Part shown: piece by piece, positions 45,384 to 54,120 of the stretch
How the letters are laid out: the number at the start of each line of letters is the position of its first letter
How positions within the stretch are numbered: the stretch's first letter is position 1
Origin: Phycisphaerales bacterium
GTDB taxonomy: Bacteria > Planctomycetota > Phycisphaerae > Phycisphaerales > UBA1924
Assembly (NCBI GenBank): GCA_045106075.1
Contig: JBGCEB010000014.1
Location: 25,842 to 89,841, forward strand
Length of the DNA: 64,000 nt
Direction of reading: 5' to 3'
Notes under the pieces: generated by a model
Database searches by the model: none
Seen by the model: the letters and a program-made list of their open reading frames with translations, nothing else
Told to the model about the DNA's origin: nothing
Position numbers and translations under genes: made by a program

Positions 45384-46049
45384 ATGTCTTCAAAGACCAT
45401 CTGGAACACACTTATCGTTTCGAGCTTTGTTTCTGCGGCAGTCGCCGGTGGAAACCCGACGCTCATCCTTGATGATTTCGACAACGAACCCAACGATGAC
45501 GCAGGCGGACCGCGCGAGCTGTTCACCACCGTTCTCGATGACGGCGACTTCGGTGGTCTGCAACGCTTCGACGTTGTCACGGACTCGATGTTCGACGGCG
45601 ACGAAGGCTCACTCGTCTTCGAGACCGGTACCGGTGTCGAAATGCAGTCCACCATCCGTTGGGATAACGCTGACGCTGGGCTTGGGCTCGACGCTGCCGC
45701 CCTCGGCCTGCTCGGTTTCGAACTCGACTTCGCCGTGATTGACCAAGATTTCGATCTTGAACTCACGCTCGAAGACGGCAACGGCCTCACGACCTCGATC
45801 ATCCGCACCGTGCTCGCACATAACAGCTCAGACCCGATTCGAATCGAATCGTTCGGGATTGGCGAGTTCGACCTGACTGGCTTTGACGCGACAAACGTCG
45901 CGTCGGTTGAGTTCACATTCAACCGACGCTCGGGCGTTGTTGATGGCCTCGATTTCGCAGCCCTTGAGTTCCGCGCTGTGGTGCCAACCCCAGGTTCGAT
46001 CGCCTTGCTCGGATTGGGCGGGCTTCTCGCCGCACGCCGTCGCCGGTAA
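45384..46049 (+). CDS. PEP-CTERM (VPTPGS-type) secreted protein, paralogue B
   Basis: Signal peptide MSSKTIWNTLIVSSFVSAAVA. GNPTLILDDFDNEPNDDAGGPR. C-terminus EFRAVVPTPGSIALLGLGGLLAARRRR. Colinear with paralogue A throughout. Confidence 0.85.
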   Translation: MSSKTIWNTLIVSSFVSAAVAGGNPTLILDDFDNEPNDDAGGPRELFTTVLDDGDFGGLQRFDVVTDSMFDGDEGSLVFETGTGVEMQSTIRWDNADAGLGLDAAALGLLGFELDFAVIDQDFDLELTLEDGNGLTTSIIRTVLAHNSSDPIRIESFGIGEFDLTGFDATNVASVEFTFNRRSGVVDGLDFAALEFRAVVPTPGSIALLGLGGLLAARRRR

Positions 46050-46082
46050 ACCGGCAAGGCAACGATCTCGACCCCCACGACT

Positions 46083-46107
46083 CCGGGCTTTGCCCGGGGT
46101 TTTTTTA
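46083..46107 (+). terminator. Rho-independent terminator after the PEP-CTERM pair
   Basis: ccgggc-ttt-gcccgg followed by ggttttttt. Confidence 0.65.
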
Positions 46108-46139
46108 CATCCCCATTTGTTTCGCTATTCCATGTTCCA

Positions 46140-47084
46140 CTATCGCAAAACCTCATTGGTCCAGAACCGCCAAGCCCTGGGATCCTGAAGCGTCGCCTCG
46201 GGGACAAGCCGCTCACGGACCAACGCCGCCAAGCGGCTGAGACCATCTCCGGTGGTCGCGCTCGTCAGCACATCAGCGCCCGCTGCATTGGCCACATTGG
46301 AACGATCTGCACGAAGGCCGACGCGGAGCATTGGTGCTGAATCACTCCTGATCTCGGCAGCTGAACTCGGATCCTGGGCATCAAAGCAAGAGAGCACCAG
46401 ATCAGCAGACTCCATCGCGTCACGGACGATTCGCTGGTTTTCCTTATCGCCGACATCCAGCCCTGGCGTATCGAACCAACGAACCACCAATCCTCGAACG
46501 TTGATGAACGCCCCCACCGCATCCCGCGTTGTCCCAGCACGGTCAAACGCGACCGCGAGTGACCGACCAGCGAGCGCGTTTAAAAGTGAAGACTTGCCGA
46601 TGTTGGGCGCGCCGACCGCGACCACCACGGGCGGATCGATCAAACGCGAAAGTTGCTCAGCATCTGCCACTCCATCGCTTTCATCACGTAGGCGCCACCG
46701 CCGTGGTTGATCCAGCAGCAGATCAATCGCCAGCGGACTCGCCGCTTTGGACAGTGCCTGAGGCAGATGTGATTCGACCTCTGTCTCCACTGTCGATTCC
46801 GGCAACCGATCGGGCGAACCCAGAAAACCCCGCGATTCCAACTTGCCAGCTAATGCTTGGACCAATGCCCGCCCACCATGCGGCATGATCAGCCAGGTGC
46901 TCTCGTCGCTCCGAGCAACCAATGCGTCATCAAGCGCAAGCACGCGACGAACAGCAAGGGCCCCAGCTTCGACCGGTTTGCCATCAAAGAGGCGAGCGAC
47001 CTCGGCAGCATCATCCGATCGCAATCGGATGACCGCGACCGCACCGGGTGCGGCGGGGGTTTCGATCGAAAAACTGGATGTCAT
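46140..47084 (-). CDS. MnmE/TrmE-like GTPase, short form
   Basis: N-terminal domain resembles MnmE (PAAPGAVAVIRLRS). G1 VGAPNIGKSSLLNAL, G2 GTTRD, G3 DTPG. Only 314 aa and lacks a C-terminal C-x-GK motif. Confidence 0.6.
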   Translation of the reverse strand: MTSSFSIETPAAPGAVAVIRLRSDDAAEVARLFDGKPVEAGALAVRRVLALDDALVARSDESTWLIMPHGGRALVQALAGKLESRGFLGSPDRLPESTVETEVESHLPQALSKAASPLAIDLLLDQPRRWRLRDESDGVADAEQLSRLIDPPVVVAVGAPNIGKSSLLNALAGRSLAVAFDRAGTTRDAVGAFINVRGLVVRWFDTPGLDVGDKENQRIVRDAMESADLVLSCFDAQDPSSAAEIRSDSAPMLRVGLRADRSNVANAAGADVLTSATTGDGLSRLAALVRERLVPEATLQDPRAWRFWTNEVLR

Positions 47085-47923
47085 TCGTCTTCGCTTGCTA
47101 GCAGGCGTTCGCAGGCGACACGGATGCCATGGAGCTGAAGATCGGGTAAGAATGCCTCGACGAGTTCATCGCCCTCGAGCACACCCATGTCGCCCCCGGT
47201 CGCGATGATCCGCGGGTATGCCTCATAGAAATCGGCATACCGCTCGGCCAGGAAACGCACCGCCCCATTCACCATGGCATGCACACCCAGCCGCATGGCT
47301 GCTGGTGTGTTCTTGCCGAAGATGACCTCATCTTGATCACGCTCAAACTGCACACGCGGAAGCGCGGCAGTTCTCTCCGCGAGCGCCGAAAGCATCATGT
47401 CGAGCCCGGGAGCGATCGCCCCGCCGTGGAACACACCTTCGCCGTCAACAAAGTCGATGGTCAACGCGGTGCCAAGATCCACGACGACGCAGGCCTGCCC
47501 GGCATGAGCAAACGCGCCGGCAGCACAGAGCAAGCGATCCTGCCCGACCGTTCGGATGCCCTCATCATCAAGCGTGTGAGCGACCGGGATGGGTGTTTGT
47601 TCGCCAAACCGGATTGGCTTGAGCCCGGTTTTGATCAATGCCGCTTCGATCGTGTCAGCTGCCATTGAGTTTACCGAACCAATCACGACCGCGGGATTCT
47701 CATCCCCAGTGGTTTGATCGGCCAGATCGATCGCAGCCTGGGCGATCGCTTCGGCGTCCGAAGATTCAATCACAAGAGAGCCATCCAGCTCTTTTCCCCG
47801 GAACAATCCGATCCTCGAACGAGTGTTCCCGACCGCGAGTGTGATCAGCTCTTGGATACTCGATGGCATCTCACCGGTAGATTGAGGGGCGGAAGAGGTC
47901 GGTTGATTAGCTTGGTCGGTCAT
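47081..47923 (-). CDS. coaX: Type III pantothenate kinase
   Basis: LTLAVGNTRSRIGLF, ACVVVDLGTALTIDFVD, GGAIAPGLDMM, IATGGD are CoaX/ASKHA motifs. ATGA overlap with the downstream GTPase gene. Confidence 0.85.
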   Translation of the reverse strand: MTDQANQPTSSAPQSTGEMPSSIQELITLAVGNTRSRIGLFRGKELDGSLVIESSDAEAIAQAAIDLADQTTGDENPAVVIGSVNSMAADTIEAALIKTGLKPIRFGEQTPIPVAHTLDDEGIRTVGQDRLLCAAGAFAHAGQACVVVDLGTALTIDFVDGEGVFHGGAIAPGLDMMLSALAERTAALPRVQFERDQDEVIFGKNTPAAMRLGVHAMVNGAVRFLAERYADFYEAYPRIIATGGDMGVLEGDELVEAFLPDLQLHGIRVACERLLASEDE

Positions 47924-48050
47924 CGTCAAAGCGTATCCCCGGTGTTGCTCAGTTCTCTGGGATTCGACCTTCGAATGCCTTTCGAGTCCGGCTTGGGTAC
48001 GCTCTTCCTCGGCCGGGCGTGTGCCCGTTTGCCATTGGAGACCCGCCACG

Positions 48051-49067
48051 ATGAGCCGATGTGCTGCCGATGAGTCGATCGAACGCCGGGTAATTGATGG
48101 CTTTGGGTTCCCTTTGGGTGTGTACCCGGTCGAACCGATGCAGCCACGTGCCGGGTATACCGCCGATTTCGAGCCGGCAGACCCTGATGAAGAGCAAGCC
48201 GGCGACTGGGAAGCTTGGCCGGATCGCTACGTTTATGACGTCGTTGTCCCGGTCGGGCGAATCGCGGCGTTGTGGGATCAAATCTTCGCATTGATGCCGG
48301 GTCGGGTGTTTCCGATCCTCGATTACATCGGTCACGATGCGTTCCGCGAGGTCGATCCATATATGGCCTACGAGCCGGTCGGCAAAGAACGTGTCATCGA
48401 TGCAATCCGCCGATTTCGGCCGTTTTTCGTTGAGGACGGGCTCGTGGGTTTCGGGGCAGTCTCGGACGAGCCCTTCTTCTATGCCTTCCTCGATGAGCAC
48501 AAAATCCTCACGGTTCGCGTCGAACCAGAAATGAAACCGAGGGTCGAAGCCATCCTGAAAGCCTTCGATCTCGAAGCAATGGATGAACCCGCCGGTGCTG
48601 ACTCTGCTGCCCACGAGCACCGGGGCGTCCTCTTGGCACCCAAAGACCGCCCAGATCTGCTCACCGGCGAAGAAGTGGTCGAACAACTCCGTGAACGCTG
48701 GCGGCTCGTCCTCAATATCGACCCCGAATCCAACGTCGATGACGACAGCAATGACCTCGGAATCACCTTTTGGCGGTGTCTGGTGAGGTGTGCGGCAGAA
48801 CAAATGCCACAAGATCGATATGCCGAGGTGATTCTTTCTGCCGGGTCTCTGCGGTCGTCAGAAGACGCTGCGATGGCGCTGGCGTTCGAAAAAATTGGTG
48901 AGCCCGGCGAATGGTCGGACGTCGTCGTGGTCGCTGCCGAGCGGATGGATCAGGAGGGCGCGACGCGAGCGATGACCGCCGCCGAGAATCGTAATAGACT
49001 GACTAAAAAACACTTAGAGCACGAACAGGCCATCAACTTTCGCTGGCTCGACCCGGTGCCAGAGTAA
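48051..49067 (+). CDS. Hypothetical conserved-looking acidic protein
   Basis: 338 aa with good coding-like periodicity. No recognisable motif. Preferred over the antisense ORF 47949-48812. Confidence 0.5.
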   Translation: MSRCAADESIERRVIDGFGFPLGVYPVEPMQPRAGYTADFEPADPDEEQAGDWEAWPDRYVYDVVVPVGRIAALWDQIFALMPGRVFPILDYIGHDAFREVDPYMAYEPVGKERVIDAIRRFRPFFVEDGLVGFGAVSDEPFFYAFLDEHKILTVRVEPEMKPRVEAILKAFDLEAMDEPAGADSAAHEHRGVLLAPKDRPDLLTGEEVVEQLRERWRLVLNIDPESNVDDDSNDLGITFWRCLVRCAAEQMPQDRYAEVILSAGSLRSSEDAAMALAFEKIGEPGEWSDVVVVAAERMDQEGATRAMTAAENRNRLTKKHLEHEQAINFRWLDPVPE

Positions 49068-49400
49068 TCAAATCCGGGTGTCCAATCTCCTCTTGAACGT
49101 TCGAATACAGGAACCGCGGACTCATCAGTATCGAATCGGCCATGCGACACGCACATCCCGAAGCAGCCCCGCTTCTGCTCGGTTCAGTGTCGATAGGCGA
49201 ATCTCGTCCCCTTTGGGATTTGCGATCCGGGCTCAACCCCGATATCGTCCGTCCCTTCCGGGGGTTCGCCGCAAGTTGCGTTTCCCTGCGGAAAACCGTT
49301 TTGGCTGACGCCTGACGGCTTACCGGAGACCAGACGACACCGCCTCGCTCGGCCAAGCCGATCGATGCCACACCCTCCCCCACGATCTGGAGTGCACTGG

Positions 49401-52400
49401 ATGTCCCGCGTGACCCATCGTTCTGTTTGCTCAATCCTCCTCGCTGCATGCGCTACCACGTGTTCGGTTTGGACGGTGCCGGCTTTCGCCGCCCCAAACT
49501 ACTCCGCCGCCTCGGAAGGCAGCGTCCAACCTGTCCGCGTGCTCGACCATGCTGCGTCCTTGATCGCCAAAGGCGAACTGGTCCGCGGCAAGGCCATGCT
49601 CGATGCCCTGCAGAACTCGCCCGCGTCCGCGACGCTCGGCGACGATCTTGGCAAGCGGCTTTGGACCCTCCGTTCGGGCGTTGAAAAACGCATCCGTGAG
49701 GCAGACCGCTTTGATATCAGTCTGCAACAGGCCAAGTTCTTGCTGTCGCAAGATCGATTGGTCGAAGCAGAACGCCAGGCTGCTGCGGTCGTTCGGAACT
49801 CCGACGACATGATCAAGGTCGATACCGCTCGGACCGTCCTGGGCATGATCGATGCACGCCGGACCGAGATCGCTCCTCAGATCCCGGCAGCACTGACCCA
49901 GGCCGCCCAAGCATTCGATGCCGGCGACTACTCGGGTTCGAAAGATCTGATCACTCGCGTCGCCCAATCGGGTGTTGCGCTCGATGATCGCTCGCAGCGT
50001 GCCCTTGATCGGACTCGCGCCAAGATCGTCGAACTCGAAATGGCAAGTGGCACGTCATACGACACCGCCTCGCTTGGTCTGCTCGCCCCCGAGAGTGGTA
50101 ACGCCTCGGCGTGGTTGCTTGGAAACGCACAAGATGGCGCCCGGAGCACAGGCTCGTACGTCGGCGGCCAGCCCGAAGACCAGCCCGAGCCCATCGAGAT
50201 CCAGGTCATCGACCCCTCGACCATGCCCGAACCCACGGCCAACACGCCAGTGGTGACGAACTCGACCAACTCATTCTCTCAGCCACAGGATGTGGACCTC
50301 ATCGAAGCAGCCCGTCGCTTTGAAGCCCAAACGATCTTTGGAGAAGCCGGCCGGGCATACGAAGAACGCCGCGTCGGTACCGCTCGCGACCGCTACGAGC
50401 GTTTGGTGACGGAGTTCAGTGCCTACCTCACCCCCGAACAACGGAACACCGCCAATGCTCGCCTCAGCGAGCTCCGCGTTGATATCCGTGCACAGGGCGG
50501 CCCGGGCAACGAACTCAACAATGTCACCGAAGACCGCCAACTCGCTCGCGATCGCGCCATGGCGACCTTCAACAACCAGATGGAGCAAGCCCGCTCCGCA
50601 CTCGCCCAGGGTGATCCAGGGCAAGCCCGCAACCTCACTGCACAGGCCAAGCTGACCGTTCAGCAAGCCCGCGATGTGATGGCTGAATCTGAGTTCGATG
50701 CCCGCCTCGCCGAGGTTGACACACTCCTTATTGAAATCGGCTCCACCGAAGAGCGGCAGCGGATCACCAACCAGGAGGCGACCGACGCACGCCTTGCCAA
50801 CGAAACAGAACGCCTCGAAAACGAGCGACGCTCTGAGCGTGACCAACGCATCATCGAAAGCATCAACCGCGTGCGTGCTCTTCAGCAAGAGCTCAAGTAC
50901 GAAGAAGCACTCGAAGTTGTTGAGGCGATCCTGTTCCTCGATCCAACCAATCCTTCGGGCTTGCTGCTCAAAGAGATCATCGAAGACACGATCATCTACC
51001 GCAAGTTCCTCGGCTATCAGCGGGACAAGCAGATCTCGTACGCCCGTCAAGATCTTGATAACCAGGAAGCGATGATTGCACCCGATGAGTTGATCGGATA
51101 CCCGAGCGACTGGCCGGCGATCAGCTTCCGCCGCGGCGAGCCGCTTGAGTTCGCCGAGTCTGAAGCAGACCGCGCCGTGCTCACGGCGCTCCGAGAGACC
51201 CGACTCCCCGTCGACCTCAACGAGAACGCATTCGAAGACGTCATCGCATTCATCGGGAACACAACCCGCCTGGACATTGACGTCGACTGGGAATCGCTGG
51301 CTGACATCGGTGTTGACCCCGACAGCCCAATCACTTTGCGTCTGCGAGAAGTCCCGCTCGAAACGCTCCTTGATCGAGTCGTGGCCAAGGTTTCTGACCC
51401 GACCCTGCCCGCGGGCTGGGCGATCCAAGACGGGATCATCACGGTCGCGTCGGATGAAGTTCTCCGTCGCAACACGGCACTTGAGATCTACGACATCCGT
51501 GACCTGCTGTTCCGGGTGCCAAACTATGACAACGCGCCCCAGTTCGACCTGGGCAGCGCCCTCCAGAGCGGCCAAGGCGGCGGCGGTTCATCGCCGTTCC
51601 AGGGCGGCCAAGATGACGACGACGATGTCGATCTTGAAGATCGCGTCCAAGAGATTGTCGACCTTATCCAGGCGAACATCGATCCAGACGGCTGGGTTGA
51701 TCTGGGCGGTAACACGAGTTCGATTACCCAGTTGAACGGCAACTTCGTCATCACGACGACCAGCCGCAACCACCGATCGATCATCGGACTACTCACCAAA
51801 CTCCGAGCCGTCCGGGCACTGCAAATCAATGTGGAAGCTCGTTTCCTCACCGTCAGCCAAGACTTCTTCGAGCAGATCGGGTTTGATCTCGACGTTTACT
51901 TCAATGCAAACAACACCGAGTATCAGCTCGGCCAAATCATTGACCCGTCGCTTTTGCCCTCAGATTACTTTGATGTCAACGGACAGCTGCTCGACAACGT
52001 CTCAGGCGGCGGATTCCTGTTTGATACCGACGGCGACGGCATCCCCGATGCACCCGGCAACCAGCCTGTCATCGGACCCGGAGGCAACGGTGGCACGCTA
52101 CCTGACGGGACCGTCCTTGGCGCCGATCAGTGGTCGATTATCCGTGCCGCTCAAAACTCGTTCGGCATCACCGAAACGCTCGGTGCCGCGAGTTCATTCG
52201 CGACCCAGATCCTTGGACTCAACCCCGCTTTGGGCGTTTCAGGTCGATTCTTGGATGACATCCAGGTGGACTTCCTCGTCGAGGCGACCCAGGCTGACCG
52301 TCGGTCGGTCATCCTGACCGCACCGCGTGTGACCTTCACCAACGGTCAGCGTTCGTTCATCACCGTCGCCACGCAGCAGACCTTCGTCTCTGACCTCACA

Positions 52401-52907
52401 CCGGTCACCAGCGACTCGTCGGGTGCGTTCGACCCCGTCATCAACGTCGTCTCGGAAGGTGTCTTGCTGGACATCGAAGGCGTCGTCTCGGCCGACCGTC
52501 GATACGTGACCCTCAACGTCCGCACTGCGATCTCCGAAGTCGAGTTTGGCGAAGACCGCACCGTTCAGGGTGCAGCGGGCGGCGGCGGTGTAGGCGGCGG
52601 TACGGGTTCGACCTTTACCGGTTCGTTCCAGATCCCCATCATCACCGTCACCCAGATCAACACCACCGTTACTGTTCCCGACCAAGGCACTGTGCTTCTC
52701 GGTGGCCAGCGCCTGGTGACTGAAGTTGAAGTTGAGTCCGGCGTACCGGTCCTCTCCAAGATCCCGATACTCAGCCGATTCTTCTCGAACCGCATCGATT
52801 CCAAGGAAGAGCAAACCCTGCTTGTCCTTCTCAAGCCAACCATTCTGATTCAGAACGAGGAAGAAGAAAAGAACTTCCCCGGCCTGCTCGATCAGCTCGG
52901 CGGCTAA
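49401..52907 (+). CDS. Giant secretin (GspD/PilQ family outer-membrane channel)
   Basis: Signal peptide MSRVTHRSVCSILLAACATTCSVWTVPAFA. STN/N0-like segment VDLNENAFEDVIAFIGNTTRLDIDVDWE...ITLRLREVPLETLLDRV. C-terminal secretin signature TVPDQGTVLLGGQRLVTEVEVESGVPVLSKIPILSRFFSNRIDSKEEQTLLVLLKPTILI. Confidence 0.85.
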   Translation: MSRVTHRSVCSILLAACATTCSVWTVPAFAAPNYSAASEGSVQPVRVLDHAASLIAKGELVRGKAMLDALQNSPASATLGDDLGKRLWTLRSGVEKRIREADRFDISLQQAKFLLSQDRLVEAERQAAAVVRNSDDMIKVDTARTVLGMIDARRTEIAPQIPAALTQAAQAFDAGDYSGSKDLITRVAQSGVALDDRSQRALDRTRAKIVELEMASGTSYDTASLGLLAPESGNASAWLLGNAQDGARSTGSYVGGQPEDQPEPIEIQVIDPSTMPEPTANTPVVTNSTNSFSQPQDVDLIEAARRFEAQTIFGEAGRAYEERRVGTARDRYERLVTEFSAYLTPEQRNTANARLSELRVDIRAQGGPGNELNNVTEDRQLARDRAMATFNNQMEQARSALAQGDPGQARNLTAQAKLTVQQARDVMAESEFDARLAEVDTLLIEIGSTEERQRITNQEATDARLANETERLENERRSERDQRIIESINRVRALQQELKYEEALEVVEAILFLDPTNPSGLLLKEIIEDTIIYRKFLGYQRDKQISYARQDLDNQEAMIAPDELIGYPSDWPAISFRRGEPLEFAESEADRAVLTALRETRLPVDLNENAFEDVIAFIGNTTRLDIDVDWESLADIGVDPDSPITLRLREVPLETLLDRVVAKVSDPTLPAGWAIQDGIITVASDEVLRRNTALEIYDIRDLLFRVPNYDNAPQFDLGSALQSGQGGGGSSPFQGGQDDDDDVDLEDRVQEIVDLIQANIDPDGWVDLGGNTSSITQLNGNFVITTTSRNHRSIIGLLTKLRAVRALQINVEARFLTVSQDFFEQIGFDLDVYFNANNTEYQLGQIIDPSLLPSDYFDVNGQLLDNVSGGGFLFDTDGDGIPDAPGNQPVIGPGGNGGTLPDGTVLGADQWSIIRAAQNSFGITETLGAASSFATQILGLNPALGVSGRFLDDIQVDFLVEATQADRRSVILTAPRVTFTNGQRSFITVATQQTFVSDLTPVTSDSSGAFDPVINVVSEGVLLDIEGVVSADRRYVTLNVRTAISEVEFGEDRTVQGAAGGGGVGGGTGSTFTGSFQIPIITVTQINTTVTVPDQGTVLLGGQRLVTEVEVESGVPVLSKIPILSRFFSNRIDSKEEQTLLVLLKPTILIQNEEEEKNFPGLLDQLGG

Positions 52908-52929
52908 ATCGATTGAAACTGTTTCATTC

Positions 52930-52961
52930 AAAGGGCGTGCCATTTCGGCACGCCCTTTTTC
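52930..52961 (+). terminator. Rho-independent terminator after the secretin gene
   Basis: aaagggcgtgcc-atttc-ggcacgcccttt plus further T residues; 12-bp stem. Confidence 0.8.
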
Positions 52962-53067
52962 ATTTCAAGTCCGATCTTCTTGTATCGTGAAACGAACGAC
53001 CGACCCGAGCGGATCTGGGGTTCTATAGTCAACCGATCTGGCAGTGCCGGGTCTTCGGAGGTCACGC

Positions 53068-53427
53068 ATGGCACAAGCGGAATCGAGACTTCGCGTCTCG
53101 GATCGCGAAGGGGTGACGACGGTCGAGTTTGTCGACCGCAACATCCTCGACGAGGCAAACATCCAGGCGATTAGCGAAGAAATCTCTTCGTTAATCGATC
53201 GTACCGAAGCACCGAAGCTGCTCATCAGCTTCTCGAACGTTGACCACCTGTCGTCGGCGGCTTTGGGCGCGTTGATCACCATCAACCATCGAGTCCGCGA
53301 TCGAGAAGGCCAGCTTCGCTTGGCCAACATCGATCCGCAGATTTACGAGGTGTTTGTGATCACCCGCTTGAACAAACTGTTCGAGATCCATGACACCGCC
53401 GAGGAAGCAATCACCAGCTTCGATTAA
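53068..53427 (+). CDS. STAS-domain anti-sigma-factor antagonist (SpoIIAA/RsbV-like)
   Basis: ...VTTVEFVDRNILDEANIQAISEEISSLI...LLISFSNVDHLSSAALGALI...RLANIDPQIYEVFVITRLNKLFEI. GGAGG lies 7 nt before the ATG. Confidence 0.85.
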   Translation: MAQAESRLRVSDREGVTTVEFVDRNILDEANIQAISEEISSLIDRTEAPKLLISFSNVDHLSSAALGALITINHRVRDREGQLRLANIDPQIYEVFVITRLNKLFEIHDTAEEAITSFD

Positions 53428-53488
53428 TCGCCCCGAAACCCGGGCGTCTCTGTGCGATGCCCCGTTCCCGATCACACCTTTTATCAGT

Positions 53489-53917
53489 ATGGCCGGAAAT
53501 CCAACCTCCATCCCGGGTGCTACGCGCGTTGAACTCAGCCGAGATCGCGCCCTCGTTGACGATGTCATCGAACGCATCCTCGGGCTAGCTGGTCACCATG
53601 GCTTTGACCCCGGTTCTGGATTTGCGATCCGTTTGGCACTTGAAGAAGCGATCACCAACGCCTTCGTCCACGGCAATAGCGAATGCCCCGATGCATCCGT
53701 AACCGTTGACTACCACGTCGATGGAAAAACAGTTGATGTCGCGGTCGAAGACAAAGGTCCTGGGTTCAACCCAGACCGCCTGCCCGATCCGACCGAAGAA
53801 CAGAACCTCGCCAAGCCCTCCGGCCGTGGCGTCATGCTCATGCGAGCCTATATGACTGAGGTCGTTTTTAATGAGCCCGGAAACCGTGTGCGCCTGACCT
53901 ATCGCCGCGAAAGCTGA
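53489..53917 (+). CDS. Anti-sigma regulatory Ser/Thr kinase (SpoIIAB/RsbW-like, HATPase_c)
   Basis: N-box LALEEAITNAFVHGN, G1 VEDKGPGFNPD, G2 GRGVMLMRAYM. Confidence 0.8.
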   Translation: MAGNPTSIPGATRVELSRDRALVDDVIERILGLAGHHGFDPGSGFAIRLALEEAITNAFVHGNSECPDASVTVDYHVDGKTVDVAVEDKGPGFNPDRLPDPTEEQNLAKPSGRGVMLMRAYMTEVVFNEPGNRVRLTYRRES

Positions 53918-54070
53918 GCAGCCTTGTCGCAATCCGGACTGTTTCCACATCGAGGACCGCGAATCGAAACGCGCCTACCGATCTGTGCGAACTATCTTCG
54001 TATCGATTCAGGGTTGAAAAAGTTGCTCAACTCGATGCGAAAGCGTATAGTTATTTAGAATGATTCTATG

Positions 54071-54094
54071 TTTCAGGATCTTCATATCCTGAAA
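54071..54094. promoter_or_regulatory. Inverted repeat TTTCAGGAT-N6-ATCCTGAAA upstream of iscS; candidate operator
   Basis: Perfect 9-nt arms ending 27 nt before ATG 54121, inside an unusually A/T-rich stretch (54040-54100). Confidence 0.4.
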
Positions 54095-54120
54095 TACACT
54101 GACTTTGTCGGAGACGACCC

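Noticed and set aside
45239-46246. 335-aa minus-strand ORF spanning both PEP-CTERM paralogues
   Set aside because: It crosses the intergenic gap and terminator of two plus-strand genes that both have signal peptides and PEP-CTERM tails. Low-complexity S/R/P-rich translation.
47949-48812. 287-aa minus-strand ORF competing with the 48051-49067 plus-strand ORF
   Set aside because: The plus-strand frame is longer and shows more gene-like codon periodicity and amino-acid composition. The minus frame would also overlap the coaX start region. Neither has a recognisable motif, so this choice is only moderately secure.
50271-51575. 434-aa minus-strand ORF inside the secretin gene
   Set aside because: It is antisense to a gene with clear signal peptide, STN/N0-like and secretin signatures. 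No motifs of its own. Shadow ORF.
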